This document shows positions 1-8,367 of a DNA stretch of 28,729 nucleotides, one piece after another (within the stretch, counting starts at the first letter, position 1; every line of letters starts with the position of its first letter). The position numbers and the translations under genes were made by a program. The notes under the pieces are model-generated. The model was not told the origin of the DNA. It did no database searches and saw only the letters and a program-made list of their open reading frames with translations. Source of the stretch: Candidatus Avilachnospira sp. (GTDB taxonomy: Bacteria > Bacillota > Clostridia > Oscillospirales > Oscillospiraceae); the NCBI GenBank assembly GCA_045602105.1, contig JAZSAW010000123.1:1-28729 (forward strand). Reading direction: 5' to 3'.

Positions 1-1
1 C

Positions 2-781
2 AAAGTGACCGGCGGGGCAGTAGATATTCCGGGGGCAGTCGCCAAGGGCGCCGCCGGGATACCAGATCTGTCCGCCACCGTGCTGATGCTTGTGATGGCA
101 GCCACAGTCGCAGTCACAGTCATAGTCGTGGTCAAAGTCAGACGTATGGAGGAACAGACGGGTATCGCCCTCGTGTCCCACCACGGAGTACTGACCGTAG
201 AACTTCTCAATACCCAGACCTTCCAGTTCCACCGTGCCGGTGGTGTAGAAGCGGTTTCCGGCCTGAGCCATCTGGCGGTCGGAGACGTGCTTGGTAGCGG
301 TCATGGTCATGGGCTGGCGCAGGGCGGCCTTCACATCGGCGATCTTGGCGGTGGGCCAGTCTGCCAGCACCTGCTCATCCAGCTTGTAGTAGATCTTCAG
401 ACCCTCGTCGGTCAAACGGGCATCTTCATAGACGAAAATGTTCCGTCCCTCCCACTGGGCGCAGTCAAAGACGAAATCTTCCTCATCCACACTGGTCAGC
501 TGGCTGACCAGATCATCATTGAGGGTGCAGATAAACCGAAGCTGGCGCATCAGTTCCTGGTAGGAGCTCAGCTCCGCGGCAGCAGTGGCCAGTTCATCCA
601 GCATCACCAGACCTGCCCGATAAGTGACGCAGTACTGGTCATTGGGCAATTCCAGAGCGCAGACCCGCAGGTCGATATCGCCGGGCTCAAAGGGTTGCGC
701 GGCAGATGCGAAAGGAATCGCAGACAGGAACATACAAAGGGTCAAAACCAGTGCCAGAGTACGGGAAACGGTTCGTTTCAT
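2..781 (-). CDS. Secreted/cell-surface protein, 5' part only (runs off the window), probably S-layer homology (SLH) domain protein
   Basis: Translated by hand (not in the ORF track because it has no stop). ATG at 781 follows RBS AAGGAGG and opens 260 stop-free codons: MKRTVSRTLALVLTLCMFLSAIPFASAAQPF (Sec signal peptide, ASA-A cleavage site) to ...GDCPRNIYCPAGHF. From recollection, the CPxxxxCP-xxxF ending resembles the segment preceding SLH repeats in Oscillospiraceae proteins; the SLH call is inference. Confidence 0.8.
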   Translation of the reverse strand, partial: MKRTVSRTLALVLTLCMFLSAIPFASAAQPFEPGDIDLRVCALELPNDQYCVTYRAGLVMLDELATAAAELSSYQELMRQLRFICTLNDDLVSQLTSVDEEDFVFDCAQWEGRNIFVYEDARLTDEGLKIYYKLDEQVLADWPTAKIADVKAALRQPMTMTATKHVSDRQMAQAGNRFYTTGTVELEGLGIEKFYGQYSVVGHEGDTRLFLHTSDFDHDYDCDCDCGCHHKHQHGGGQIWYPGGALGDCPRNIYCPAGHF

Positions 782-794
782 GGGGATTTCCTCC

Positions 795-1457
795 TTACAG
801 GTATTTATTCAGGTAATAGGCCTTTTCCGCGGCCTTTTCTTCACAATATTGGACCCACAGGGTATCTAAAACGGTCGCATCTCCGCCGGCTTCCGTCAGC
901 AGAGGGCGGTACTTGTCCAGAATGTCCTCCACTTGCTCGTCCACCACCACTTCCAGAGCGTAGCACTCCTCCAGCGCGGCCATGCCCATTTCCGTCCGGC
1001 GGGCAATGGTGCGGGCTTCGGGAGGCAGGGCGATCCATTTATCCAGCAGAGCCTGCTTCATCCCGCCAAGGGTGGCCATCAGGTCGACCTTGCAGGCATA
1101 CAGTTCCGCCACACATTCGTTGAGCAGTTCTTCCGGCGTCTTTTTCGCCGGCTCCGTGGTGGTCGGTGCGGGGGTGATCCCCAGCTGTTCCTTGATCTCC
1201 TCCGGGCTGACCTTGCCGTCCAGCAAATCGTCGCTTTGCTGGCGGTCCGGGGCACGGACGATCACAGAATGTTCCTGCTCCAGAATGGTCTGGTGATCGT
1301 TGCGGATATTTTCCATCTGTTGGGTAACGGCTTCCTCATCCAGCGTCAGATAGAGATAGACTGCCTTGAGGTTGTTTCTCTGCCACCAACAAAGGATGGC
1401 CAACAGAGCCAGAAAGCCTGCCAGAATAAACAAGCCGATTTTGGATTTCTTCTTCAT
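795..1457 (-). CDS. Hypothetical membrane-anchored protein (N-terminal TM, acidic helical body)
   Basis: 220 aa ORF, RBS GAGGA, basic N-terminus then hydrophobic IGLFILAGFLALLAILCWW. Tightly spaced between cpsB and the secreted-protein gene. Confidence 0.85.
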   Translation of the reverse strand: MKKKSKIGLFILAGFLALLAILCWWQRNNLKAVYLYLTLDEEAVTQQMENIRNDHQTILEQEHSVIVRAPDRQQSDDLLDGKVSPEEIKEQLGITPAPTTTEPAKKTPEELLNECVAELYACKVDLMATLGGMKQALLDKWIALPPEARTIARRTEMGMAALEECYALEVVVDEQVEDILDKYRPLLTEAGGDATVLDTLWVQYCEEKAAEKAYYLNKYL

Positions 1458-1463
1458 GGGGTC

Positions 1464-2159
1464 TTATTCCTCGTCCAGAAGCTCCCGGGCGGAGATGTTG
1501 AGCTCATTGACCATGTCTTCTCCCAGTTTTTTCTCCACCACAGCCATGGCCTTCTGCAGGATGGGAGGACGATAGTTCGGATCGTGACAGTCGGAGATCA
1601 GCACACTTCCGGGATACTGAAGCAGTTGCAGTGCCAGTCGCCGTCCGGCAAGGTAGGTCAGGGCATACCCGCTGACCTGCAGAGGGAAGCCCATTTCCAG
1701 CAGGGTACGGAACTGCTTTTTGCTCTGACAGCCGGCATACCGCTCCACATGGGCCAGCACGGGGGTAACGCCCCGGCGACCCTCCAAACTGTAGAGCTGA
1801 CGGAACAGCTCATCCTGCCAGGGGGTAAAGGGGAGCTCCACCAGAAGGTGTTTCGTGCCTTCGTAGCACAGTGCCTCCAGCTCCGGCCAGTCGGCCATAC
1901 CGGGCACCCACGCCACCTCCGCCCCCAAAATCAGACGGGGACAGGGGCGGTCTGCCGTGGCGGAAGTCAGCCCCGCCATGGCGTCTGCTCTGCGCCGGAG
2001 AAAATCCGAAGCATGCTCTCTTGTCCGGTAGAAATGGGGGGTCAGTGCAACGGTATCCACCCCCTGCGCCAACTGCCTGTCAAGGAGCGAGAGAGAGGTT
2101 TGCACATCGGCAGCACCATCGTCCATACCGGGGAGAATGTGGGTATGCAGATCAACCAT
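1464..2159 (-). CDS. cpsB: CpsB/CapC family PHP-domain protein-tyrosine phosphatase
   Basis: MVDLHTHILPGMDDGA, TPHF, GAEV, LLVELP, AHVERY, SDCH motifs. Adjacent to a BY-kinase. Confidence 0.95.
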   Translation of the reverse strand: MVDLHTHILPGMDDGAADVQTSLSLLDRQLAQGVDTVALTPHFYRTREHASDFLRRRADAMAGLTSATADRPCPRLILGAEVAWVPGMADWPELEALCYEGTKHLLVELPFTPWQDELFRQLYSLEGRRGVTPVLAHVERYAGCQSKKQFRTLLEMGFPLQVSGYALTYLAGRRLALQLLQYPGSVLISDCHDPNYRPPILQKAMAVVEKKLGEDMVNELNISARELLDEE

Positions 2160-2164
2160 GGCAG

Positions 2165-3061
2165 TTACATCTGATGCGGGGGAACTTCGGACGGATTACC
2201 CGGGTTATGACCGCTGCCATAGCCGTAGCCGTAATTGTAGCCCTGGTTGTAACCCTGGGAATAACCCTGATAATAAGCGTGAGAATAATTGTAACGGCCG
2301 TATCTTCTGTAATAGCCGTATCTGCCGTAGCGTTTGTAGCGGTACTTGCCGTAACCGCTGGCGTTTTCGCCGGTCATGCCGTTAAATACAAATCCCAGAA
2401 CTCTGGCCTTGGCGTATTCCAGCTGCTCTATGGCGTACATGACCGCGCCCCGCTCCGAGGAGTTGGCCCGGACCACGAACAAAACGCCGTCACACTGAGG
2501 TGCCAGGACCACCGCGTCAATGACCATATCCACAGGAGGAGAATCCAGAATGATATAATCATACCGGGCCCGCAGGATCTCCATGACCTTCTGCATCCGG
2601 CCGGAAGACAGCAACTCCGAGGGATTGGGGGGGATGTCGCCGGAAAGAATCAAATCGATGCCGTGGGCCTCATGATGGAGGATGGTCACATCCACGATAC
2701 TGGCGTCCATGAGCAGATTGCTCATGCCCATGTCGGCGCTGATGTTCAGCAGACGACCCAACTTGGGACGGCGCAGGTCGCAGTCGATGATCAGGACCTT
2801 CTGATCCGTCTGGGCCAGGGAGATGGCTAAGTTCAGGGCGGTCATACTCTTGCCCTCACTCTGCATGGCGGAGGTCACCAGAACGACCTTACAGCCCTCC
2901 TGATCGGCCAGAGAGAAATTGATATTGGTTCGCAAGGATTTATAGGCCTCCTGCAGAAAAAAACTGCTTTTGGAGGACAGGATATACTTGCGGTCTTCTT
3001 TGATCCTGGAAGCATGATGGGGCTTGAGTGCGTTCTTCTTTTTGTGTTTTTTGATCATCAC
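2165..3061 (-). CDS. cpsD: CpsD/CapB family bacterial tyrosine kinase (BY-kinase)
   Basis: EAYKSLRTNI, Walker A SAMQSEGKS, Walker A' LIIDCDLRRP, Walker B IILDSPP, C-terminal Tyr cluster. GTG start overlaps the cpsC stop (GTGA). Confidence 0.96.
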   Translation of the reverse strand: MMIKKHKKKNALKPHHASRIKEDRKYILSSKSSFFLQEAYKSLRTNINFSLADQEGCKVVLVTSAMQSEGKSMTALNLAISLAQTDQKVLIIDCDLRRPKLGRLLNISADMGMSNLLMDASIVDVTILHHEAHGIDLILSGDIPPNPSELLSSGRMQKVMEILRARYDYIILDSPPVDMVIDAVVLAPQCDGVLFVVRANSSERGAVMYAIEQLEYAKARVLGFVFNGMTGENASGYGKYRYKRYGRYGYYRRYGRYNYSHAYYQGYSQGYNQGYNYGYGYGSGHNPGNPSEVPPHQM

Positions 3062-3831
3062 GCCTCTACCTCCTCAGTGGGCACAGTGGCATTACTTTTG
3101 TACTCGTACGGATGCCTGTCCGTGTAGTTTTCGCCGAATTCGGGGATGCGACCCAGAATAGGCACGGAGAACAGCTCCGTCAAATCGTTTTCGTTCTTGA
3201 TATGGGTATCCTGCAAGAACAGGAAAACCAGCAGGACCAGAGCCAGAACCACGCCCACAACGATACCGATCATACCGGCTTTGCTATAGCTGGGAGAATA
3301 CCGTTCTGTGGGTACCTTGGCGCTGTCGATGACCCGGGCAGATGTGCCCTCGATCAGCTGGGAGATCTCCACTGGCGCCACCACGGCCGCGGCATTGGCA
3401 ATGCGGGCCGCCTCCTTGGGGTCTTCACAGACAGCATAGATGTAGAAAATTTCCGTTTCATTCATCTGCACAGCGCTGATGATCCCTTTCAGCTCAGTGG
3501 CCGTATAATTCCCATCCAGGGCTTCGGAGACCTTATCCAATACCCGGTCGCTTTTGGCGATACTGATATAGGTATTGACCAGACGCTGAGCAGCAGAAAG
3601 GTCCGCGCTGGACAGATTGTCCAAATTCTCCACGCCCTTGGTATTGTTGACATAGATGGAAATACTGGCCCGATACATGGGGGTGACAAAGGAGATGGTA
3701 TAAAACAGGCTGGCAAAAAATGCCACCACCACGAAGATGGCGATGACCCACCATCTGCGCAGACAGTACATCACCAACTCCAGAATGTTGATTTCAAGTT
3801 CACCTGTTGTTAATTCCACATTTTCCTGCAT
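3058..3831 (-). CDS. cpsC: CpsC/CapA (Wzz-like) polysaccharide co-polymerase / BY-kinase activator
   Basis: EINILEL...RRWWVI, TM1, TPMYRASISIYV, AKVPTERYSPS (Pro-rich), TM2, FLQDTHIKNENDL...PILGRIP. Confidence 0.94.
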   Translation of the reverse strand: MQENVELTTGELEINILELVMYCLRRWWVIAIFVVVAFFASLFYTISFVTPMYRASISIYVNNTKGVENLDNLSSADLSAAQRLVNTYISIAKSDRVLDKVSEALDGNYTATELKGIISAVQMNETEIFYIYAVCEDPKEAARIANAAAVVAPVEISQLIEGTSARVIDSAKVPTERYSPSYSKAGMIGIVVGVVLALVLLVFLFLQDTHIKNENDLTELFSVPILGRIPEFGENYTDRHPYEYKSNATVPTEEVEA

Positions 3832-3915
3832 AAGTACATTCCTCAGTTCTTTGTTTAAATATCAGCGCAGGCACAGCTTGCCTGCAGCAAAAAAGCGCAA
3901 GCCAATTCATTACCC

Positions 3916-3944
3916 AGTTTATCACATCTTCTTTGGGAATTCAA
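3916..3944 (-). promoter_or_regulatory. sigmaA promoter for the cpsC operon
   Basis: Minus strand TTGAAT-17 bp-TAAACT with extended TGn. Confidence 0.6.
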
Positions 3945-4009
3945 GTCAAACATAGGACAATTTCCACGGAAGTCCGTCCTTTTTTGCCCGGTATTCTGTG
4001 GAAATGCTC

Positions 4010-4038
4010 TTGCCACAGACGGGGTTTCATGATAAAAT
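4010..4038 (+). promoter_or_regulatory. sigmaA promoter for prfC
   Basis: TTGCCA-17 bp-TAAAAT with extended TGn. Confidence 0.7.
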
Positions 4039-4081
4039 AAACCAGTTTGAGAGTAAACTACCTTTGTATGGAGGAACTGCC

Positions 4082-5668
4082 TTGTCTACCTTACGAGAAG
4101 AGATCACCCGGCGGCGCACCTTTGCCATCATTTCCCACCCCGACGCCGGCAAAACCACCCTTACGGAAAAATTTCTCCTGTACGGAGGCGCCATTGCTCA
4201 GGCCGGTGCGGTCAAGGGCAAGAAAAACAGCCGTGCCGCCGTGTCCGACTGGATGGAGATCGAAAAGCAGAGAGGAATCCCTGTCACCTCCTCGGTCATG
4301 CAGTTCCAGTATAACGGCTGCTGTATCAACATTCTGGATACCCCCGGCCATCAGGACTTCTCCGAGGACACCTACCGCACCCTTATGGCGGCGGATTCCG
4401 CCGTCATGGTCATTGACGGCGCAAAGGGCGTCGAGCCCCAGACCCGGAAGCTGTTCAAGGTCTGCGCCATGCGCCATATCCCCATTTTCACCTTTGTGAA
4501 CAAAATGGACAGAGAAACCAGAGACCCCTTTGACCTGCTGGACGAGCTGGAGCGGGAGCTGGGCATTGAGACCTACGCCTGCAACTGGCCCATCGGGTCG
4601 GGCAAGGAGTTTCAGGGCGTCTATGACCGCCGGAACGGGCAGATCATCTTTTTCTCCGGCGTATCGGGCAAAAACCGTGCCGACAAGCTGGAGGTGGAGC
4701 TGGAAGACCCCCAGGTGGGTGAGATCATCGGTCAGCGCCGGCATGAACAGCTCATGGAGGAAGTGGAGCTTCTGGGCGCAGGTCGGGAGTTCAATATGGA
4801 GGAAGTCCGGCAGGGCACACTGTCTCCGGTGTTCTTTGGCTCTGCTCTGACCAATTTCGGCGTTGAGCCTTTCCTTGAGGAATTTTTGCAGATGACCTCC
4901 TCCCCTCTGGCCAGAGAGGCCGACTGCGGGGTCATCGATACCTTCAGCCCCGATTTTTCCGCCTTTGTCTTTAAGATTCAGGCCAATATGAACAAGGCCC
5001 ATCGAGACCGGCTGGCTTTCCTGCGTATCTGCTCCGGCAAGTATGAGCGGGAGGCAGAGGTCTATCACGTGCAGGGCAACAAGAAAATGCGCCTGTCTCA
5101 GCCTCAGCAGATGATGGCTTCCGAGCGGGAGATCATCGACGAGGCCTACGCCGGCGATATCATCGGCGTGTTCGACCCGGGCATTTTCTCCATCGGCGAT
5201 ACCATCTGCACCCCCGGAAAGAAATTCCGCTTTGCCGGTATCCCCACCTTTGCCCCGGAGCATTTCTCCCGGGTCAGCCCCAAGGATACCATGAAACGCA
5301 AGCAGTTTATCAAGGGTACGGAGCAGATCGCCCAGGAGGGCGCGATCCAGATCTTCAAAGTCCCCAATACGGGCATGGAAGAGGTCATCGTAGGCGTTGT
5401 GGGCACACTGCAGTTTGATGTGTTCCAGTACCGGATGAAAAATGAGTACGGCGTAGATCTGCGTATGGAGGGTCTGCCTTATGAACAGCTCCGGTTTATC
5501 AAGTCCTGCCCCGTGGCAGACCCCAAGGATCTTCAGCTGACCTCCGACGCGGAGCTTCTGGAGGACTATCGGGGACACAGTCTGCTGGTGTTCTCCAGCC
5601 TGTGGTCCATTGATTATAATATCCGGAAAAACCCCGGTCTGGAGCTTTCGGAAACCTTGGATAATTAA
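4082..5668 (+). CDS. prfC: Peptide chain release factor 3
   Basis: RRTFAIISHPDAGKTTLTEK, DWMEIEKQRGI, DTPGHQDF, NKMD. TTG start at 4082 after GGAGG is preferred over the ORF-track start at 3998. Confidence 0.98.
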   Translation: MSTLREEITRRRTFAIISHPDAGKTTLTEKFLLYGGAIAQAGAVKGKKNSRAAVSDWMEIEKQRGIPVTSSVMQFQYNGCCINILDTPGHQDFSEDTYRTLMAADSAVMVIDGAKGVEPQTRKLFKVCAMRHIPIFTFVNKMDRETRDPFDLLDELERELGIETYACNWPIGSGKEFQGVYDRRNGQIIFFSGVSGKNRADKLEVELEDPQVGEIIGQRRHEQLMEEVELLGAGREFNMEEVRQGTLSPVFFGSALTNFGVEPFLEEFLQMTSSPLAREADCGVIDTFSPDFSAFVFKIQANMNKAHRDRLAFLRICSGKYEREAEVYHVQGNKKMRLSQPQQMMASEREIIDEAYAGDIIGVFDPGIFSIGDTICTPGKKFRFAGIPTFAPEHFSRVSPKDTMKRKQFIKGTEQIAQEGAIQIFKVPNTGMEEVIVGVVGTLQFDVFQYRMKNEYGVDLRMEGLPYEQLRFIKSCPVADPKDLQLTSDAELLEDYRGHSLLVFSSLWSIDYNIRKNPGLELSETLDN

Positions 5669-5675
5669 CAACGAA

Positions 5676-5712
5676 ACAGGGAGCGGTCAATGACCGCTCC
5701 CTGTGATTTTTT
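5676..5712. terminator. Intrinsic terminator between convergent prfC and recR (REP-like core)
   Basis: ACAGGGAGCGGTCA-A-TGACCGCTCCCTGT followed by a T-run on the + strand. Confidence 0.85.
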
Positions 5713-6310
5713 AGATTTCTCTTCTGCCTTCCAGAGCCCGCAGGAGGGTGATCTCATCGGCATATTCCAACTGACTGCCAACGGGGATACCGTAAGCCAG
5801 CCGGGTGACTTTGACCTCCAGAGGCCGGAGCAGACGGCTGATATACATGGCCGTGGCCTCGCCCTCTGTGTCGGGATTGGTGGCCATAATGACCTCCCGG
5901 ACATTGCCCTTTGCCACCCGATCCAGAAGCTCCCGGATCCGAAGCTGGTCGGGACCCATATGGTTCAGGGGGGAGATGACGCCGTGGAGCACATGATAGA
6001 CCCCGTTAAACTCCCGGGAACGCTCCATGGCGATGACGTCCCTAGGCTCTGCCACCACACAGATCAGTCCCTGATCCCGCTGGGGATCCTGGCAGAGATC
6101 GCAGACCTCCCGGTCGGTGATGTTCTGACACACCTGACAGGTGCGCACAGTCTCTCTGGCCTCCACGATAGCCTGTGCAAATTCCTGTGCCTCCTCCTTG
6201 GGCAGGCTCAGGACATGAAAGGCCAGTCGCTGGGCGGTCTTACCGCCGATACCCGGCAGGCGGGCAAATTGTTCGGTCAGCCGTTCCAGAACGGCGGGAA
6301 AACAGCGCAT
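5711..6310 (-). CDS. recR: Recombination mediator RecR
   Basis: [13 protein letters not shown] (HhH), CQVC...CDLC zinc finger, [10 protein letters not shown], toprim [12 protein letters not shown]. Confidence 0.98.
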   Translation of the reverse strand: MRCFPAVLERLTEQFARLPGIGGKTAQRLAFHVLSLPKEEAQEFAQAIVEARETVRTCQVCQNITDREVCDLCQDPQRDQGLICVVAEPRDVIAMERSREFNGVYHVLHGVISPLNHMGPDQLRIRELLDRVAKGNVREVIMATNPDTEGEATAMYISRLLRPLEVKVTRLAYGIPVGSQLEYADEITLLRALEGRREI

Positions 6311-6311
6311 A

Positions 6312-6659
6312 TCAGAACAGACCGCCCAGATTCAGCCCACCGGTGAGTCTGGACATACTGGCGGAAGCATCGCTGTCGGCCATGCGGGCAGCCTCATTGA
6401 CGGCGGCGATGACCATATCCTGAAGCATTTCCACATCCTCCGGATCTACGGCTTCCGGGTCGATGGTCAGGCGGAGAAGCTCATGCTTGCCGTTGACCAC
6501 GGCCTTGACCACACCGCCACCGGCGGCGGCCTCGTACTCCTTGGTCTCCATTTCCTGCTGCATCTGCATCATCTGCTGCTGCATTTTCTGCGCCTGCTTG
6601 ATCATATTGGCGTTGACGCCACCCATGGGCATACCGCCTCTGTATCCACCTTTTGCCAT
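6312..6659 (-). CDS. ybaB: YbaB/EbfC family nucleoid-associated protein
   Basis: [45 protein letters not shown]. Canonical dnaX-ybaB-recR synteny. Confidence 0.97.
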   Translation of the reverse strand: MAKGGYRGGMPMGGVNANMIKQAQKMQQQMMQMQQEMETKEYEAAAGGGVVKAVVNGKHELLRLTIDPEAVDPEDVEMLQDMVIAAVNEAARMADSDASASMSRLTGGLNLGGLF

Positions 6660-6673
6660 AATTCGCTACTCCT

Positions 6674-8269
6674 TTATTCTTCGATGGTGATGATGTTCTG
6701 GTGTTCCTGCCCGAAGCTGATCAGGTCGTTCATGGGGTCATGTTCGCCGAAGCGGGCGTTTTTGGACACCTCCACACAGCGCACCCGGACAGGCCGTCCC
6801 AGCATGGCGGTGGCCATGCGTGTGGCGGGCTCTAACACTTCGGGAATGTCGATCATATTTTTGACAAACTGATTATCTGCCACCAAGGTCAGCAAGTTTT
6901 GCTCCAGCCTGGGCTTCACCGAGCCGAGAAACGCCTTGCTCTTGTTGGGCACTTCCCCTTTCAGCCGGGCAGACAGCTCCGGCCAGAAGCCCGCCGGGGC
7001 TTCCTCCGCAGGAGCAGGGGGGGCTTCTTCTTCGGTAGGCGGGGCGTCCGCATCTTCCGGCGGAGGCGGGATAAGGTCATCCTCTACCGCAGGGGGAGCT
7101 TTTTGCCGGGGTGTAAAATCCCCGGAGGCAAGCTGTTCCTCCAGACGGCTGATTCGCGCCATCAGGGCAGGCACATCCGCGTCCAGTGCGGGGTCGCACA
7201 ACCGCAGGATACAAAGCTCCGCGTCCACCCGCCGGTTGGCGCTTCGGGCAAATCCGGAAGCGGTCTCCTGCAGGATGCCCAGCATCCGCAAAAGCTCTCC
7301 GGGGGTAAACAGGGAAATGAGTGCCTGCGTTTCGTTTTCCGTGACTACGCCGGAGAGCATGGACAGCCCGCTTTTGGGGGCGGTGTGCAGTACCAGCAGG
7401 TCACGGCAGAGACTGAGGAGCTCGTCCAGCATGGCGGCAAGATCCTTGCCACCGGCATAGAGAGCGGAAAACAGCTCCAGAGCGGTTTTTCCGTCGTGGC
7501 GGGAGATGGCCTGCATCAGCTGAGCCGTGCGCTTTTCTCCCGCAAGACCCAAGGCCTCATAGACCAGCTCTGCCGTAACGGCATGCTCCGTGGCGGAGGC
7601 GCACTGATCCAGCAGGCTTGCCCCGTCACGCATAGCGCCGTCAGCCAGACGAGCCAGCAGCCGGCAGGCGTCGGGCTCTAAATCGATGCCCTCCTGATAG
7701 GCGATAAAATTCAGTCGGGCGGCAATATCCTCCGGCAGAAGCCGGCGGAAGGAAAACCGCTGACAGCGGGAGAGAATCGTAGCGGGAACTTTGTGCAGTT
7801 CCGTAGTGGCCAGAATGAACATCAGGTGAGCAGGAGGCTCTTCGATGATCTTCAGCAGGGCGTTGAACGCCGCCATGGAGAGCATGTGCACTTCGTCGAT
7901 GATATACACCCGACGGCGCACCTCCGAGGGGGTGTAGATGGCGTCATCCCGGAGGGCTCTGACCTGATCCACACCGTTGTTGGAGGCGGCGTCGATCTCC
8001 AGAACGTCCATACACCCGCCGGAATCGATGGCACGGCAGGCGGGGCAACAGTTGCAGGGATTGCCGTCCTGCAGGTCTGTCCAGTTGACGGCCTTGGCCA
8101 GAAATTTGGCGCAGGAGGTCTTGCCTGTACCGCGTGTGCCGGTAAACAGATAGGCATGGGAGAGCTTGTCCGTGCGAAGCTGAGTCTTGAGCGTCTGCGT
8201 AATGGCAGACTGCCCCACCACATCGTCAAAGGTCTGGGGACGATATTTCCGATACAGCGCCTGATACAT
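6674..8269 (-). CDS. dnaX: DNA polymerase III subunit gamma/tau
   Basis: YRKYRPQTF, GTRGTGKTS, EIDAASNNGVD, IIDEVHMLS, SRC motif. RBS AAGGAGG. Confidence 0.98.
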   Translation of the reverse strand: MYQALYRKYRPQTFDDVVGQSAITQTLKTQLRTDKLSHAYLFTGTRGTGKTSCAKFLAKAVNWTDLQDGNPCNCCPACRAIDSGGCMDVLEIDAASNNGVDQVRALRDDAIYTPSEVRRRVYIIDEVHMLSMAAFNALLKIIEEPPAHLMFILATTELHKVPATILSRCQRFSFRRLLPEDIAARLNFIAYQEGIDLEPDACRLLARLADGAMRDGASLLDQCASATEHAVTAELVYEALGLAGEKRTAQLMQAISRHDGKTALELFSALYAGGKDLAAMLDELLSLCRDLLVLHTAPKSGLSMLSGVVTENETQALISLFTPGELLRMLGILQETASGFARSANRRVDAELCILRLCDPALDADVPALMARISRLEEQLASGDFTPRQKAPPAVEDDLIPPPPEDADAPPTEEEAPPAPAEEAPAGFWPELSARLKGEVPNKSKAFLGSVKPRLEQNLLTLVADNQFVKNMIDIPEVLEPATRMATAMLGRPVRVRCVEVSKNARFGEHDPMNDLISFGQEHQNIITIEE

Positions 8270-8298
8270 GTTCTCCCTCCTTTTGCATAGTTACGGTT

Positions 8299-8327
8299 AT
8301 TATACACCAAATTCTTCTTTGGAGCAA
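8299..8327 (-). promoter_or_regulatory. sigmaA promoter for dnaX-ybaB-recR
   Basis: Minus strand TTGCTC-17 bp-TATAAT. Confidence 0.75.
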
Positions 8328-8329
8328 GG

Positions 8330-8359
8330 AAAAAGGAACGGCTTTGCCGTTCCTTTTTT
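8330..8359. terminator. Intrinsic terminator downstream of the aldolase gene
   Basis: AAAAAGGAACGGC-TTT-GCCGTTCCTTTTT; A/T runs on both sides make it potentially bidirectional. Confidence 0.85.
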
Positions 8360-8367
8360 CACTACAA

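Noticed and set aside
5-1123. 372-aa plus-strand ORF
   Set aside because: Antisense shadow of the real minus-strand genes; no RBS and no recognisable motifs.
3998-4081. N-terminal extension of PrfC from the ORF track
   Set aside because: It spans the promoter; GGAGG precedes TTG at 4082. Similar over-extensions were trimmed for alaX, sanA, csp, mgtE, rpmH, yidD and jag.
7095-7110. Possible E. coli-type -1 frameshift site in dnaX (CAAAAAG)
   Set aside because: Only five As, read CAA AAA GCT, which is not the A AAA AAG slippery heptamer.
8270-8367. SRP RNA (scr/ffs), often upstream of dnaX in Firmicutes
   Set aside because: The 98-nt gap is filled by the RBS, promoter and terminator; no SRP helix 8 GGAA motif context.
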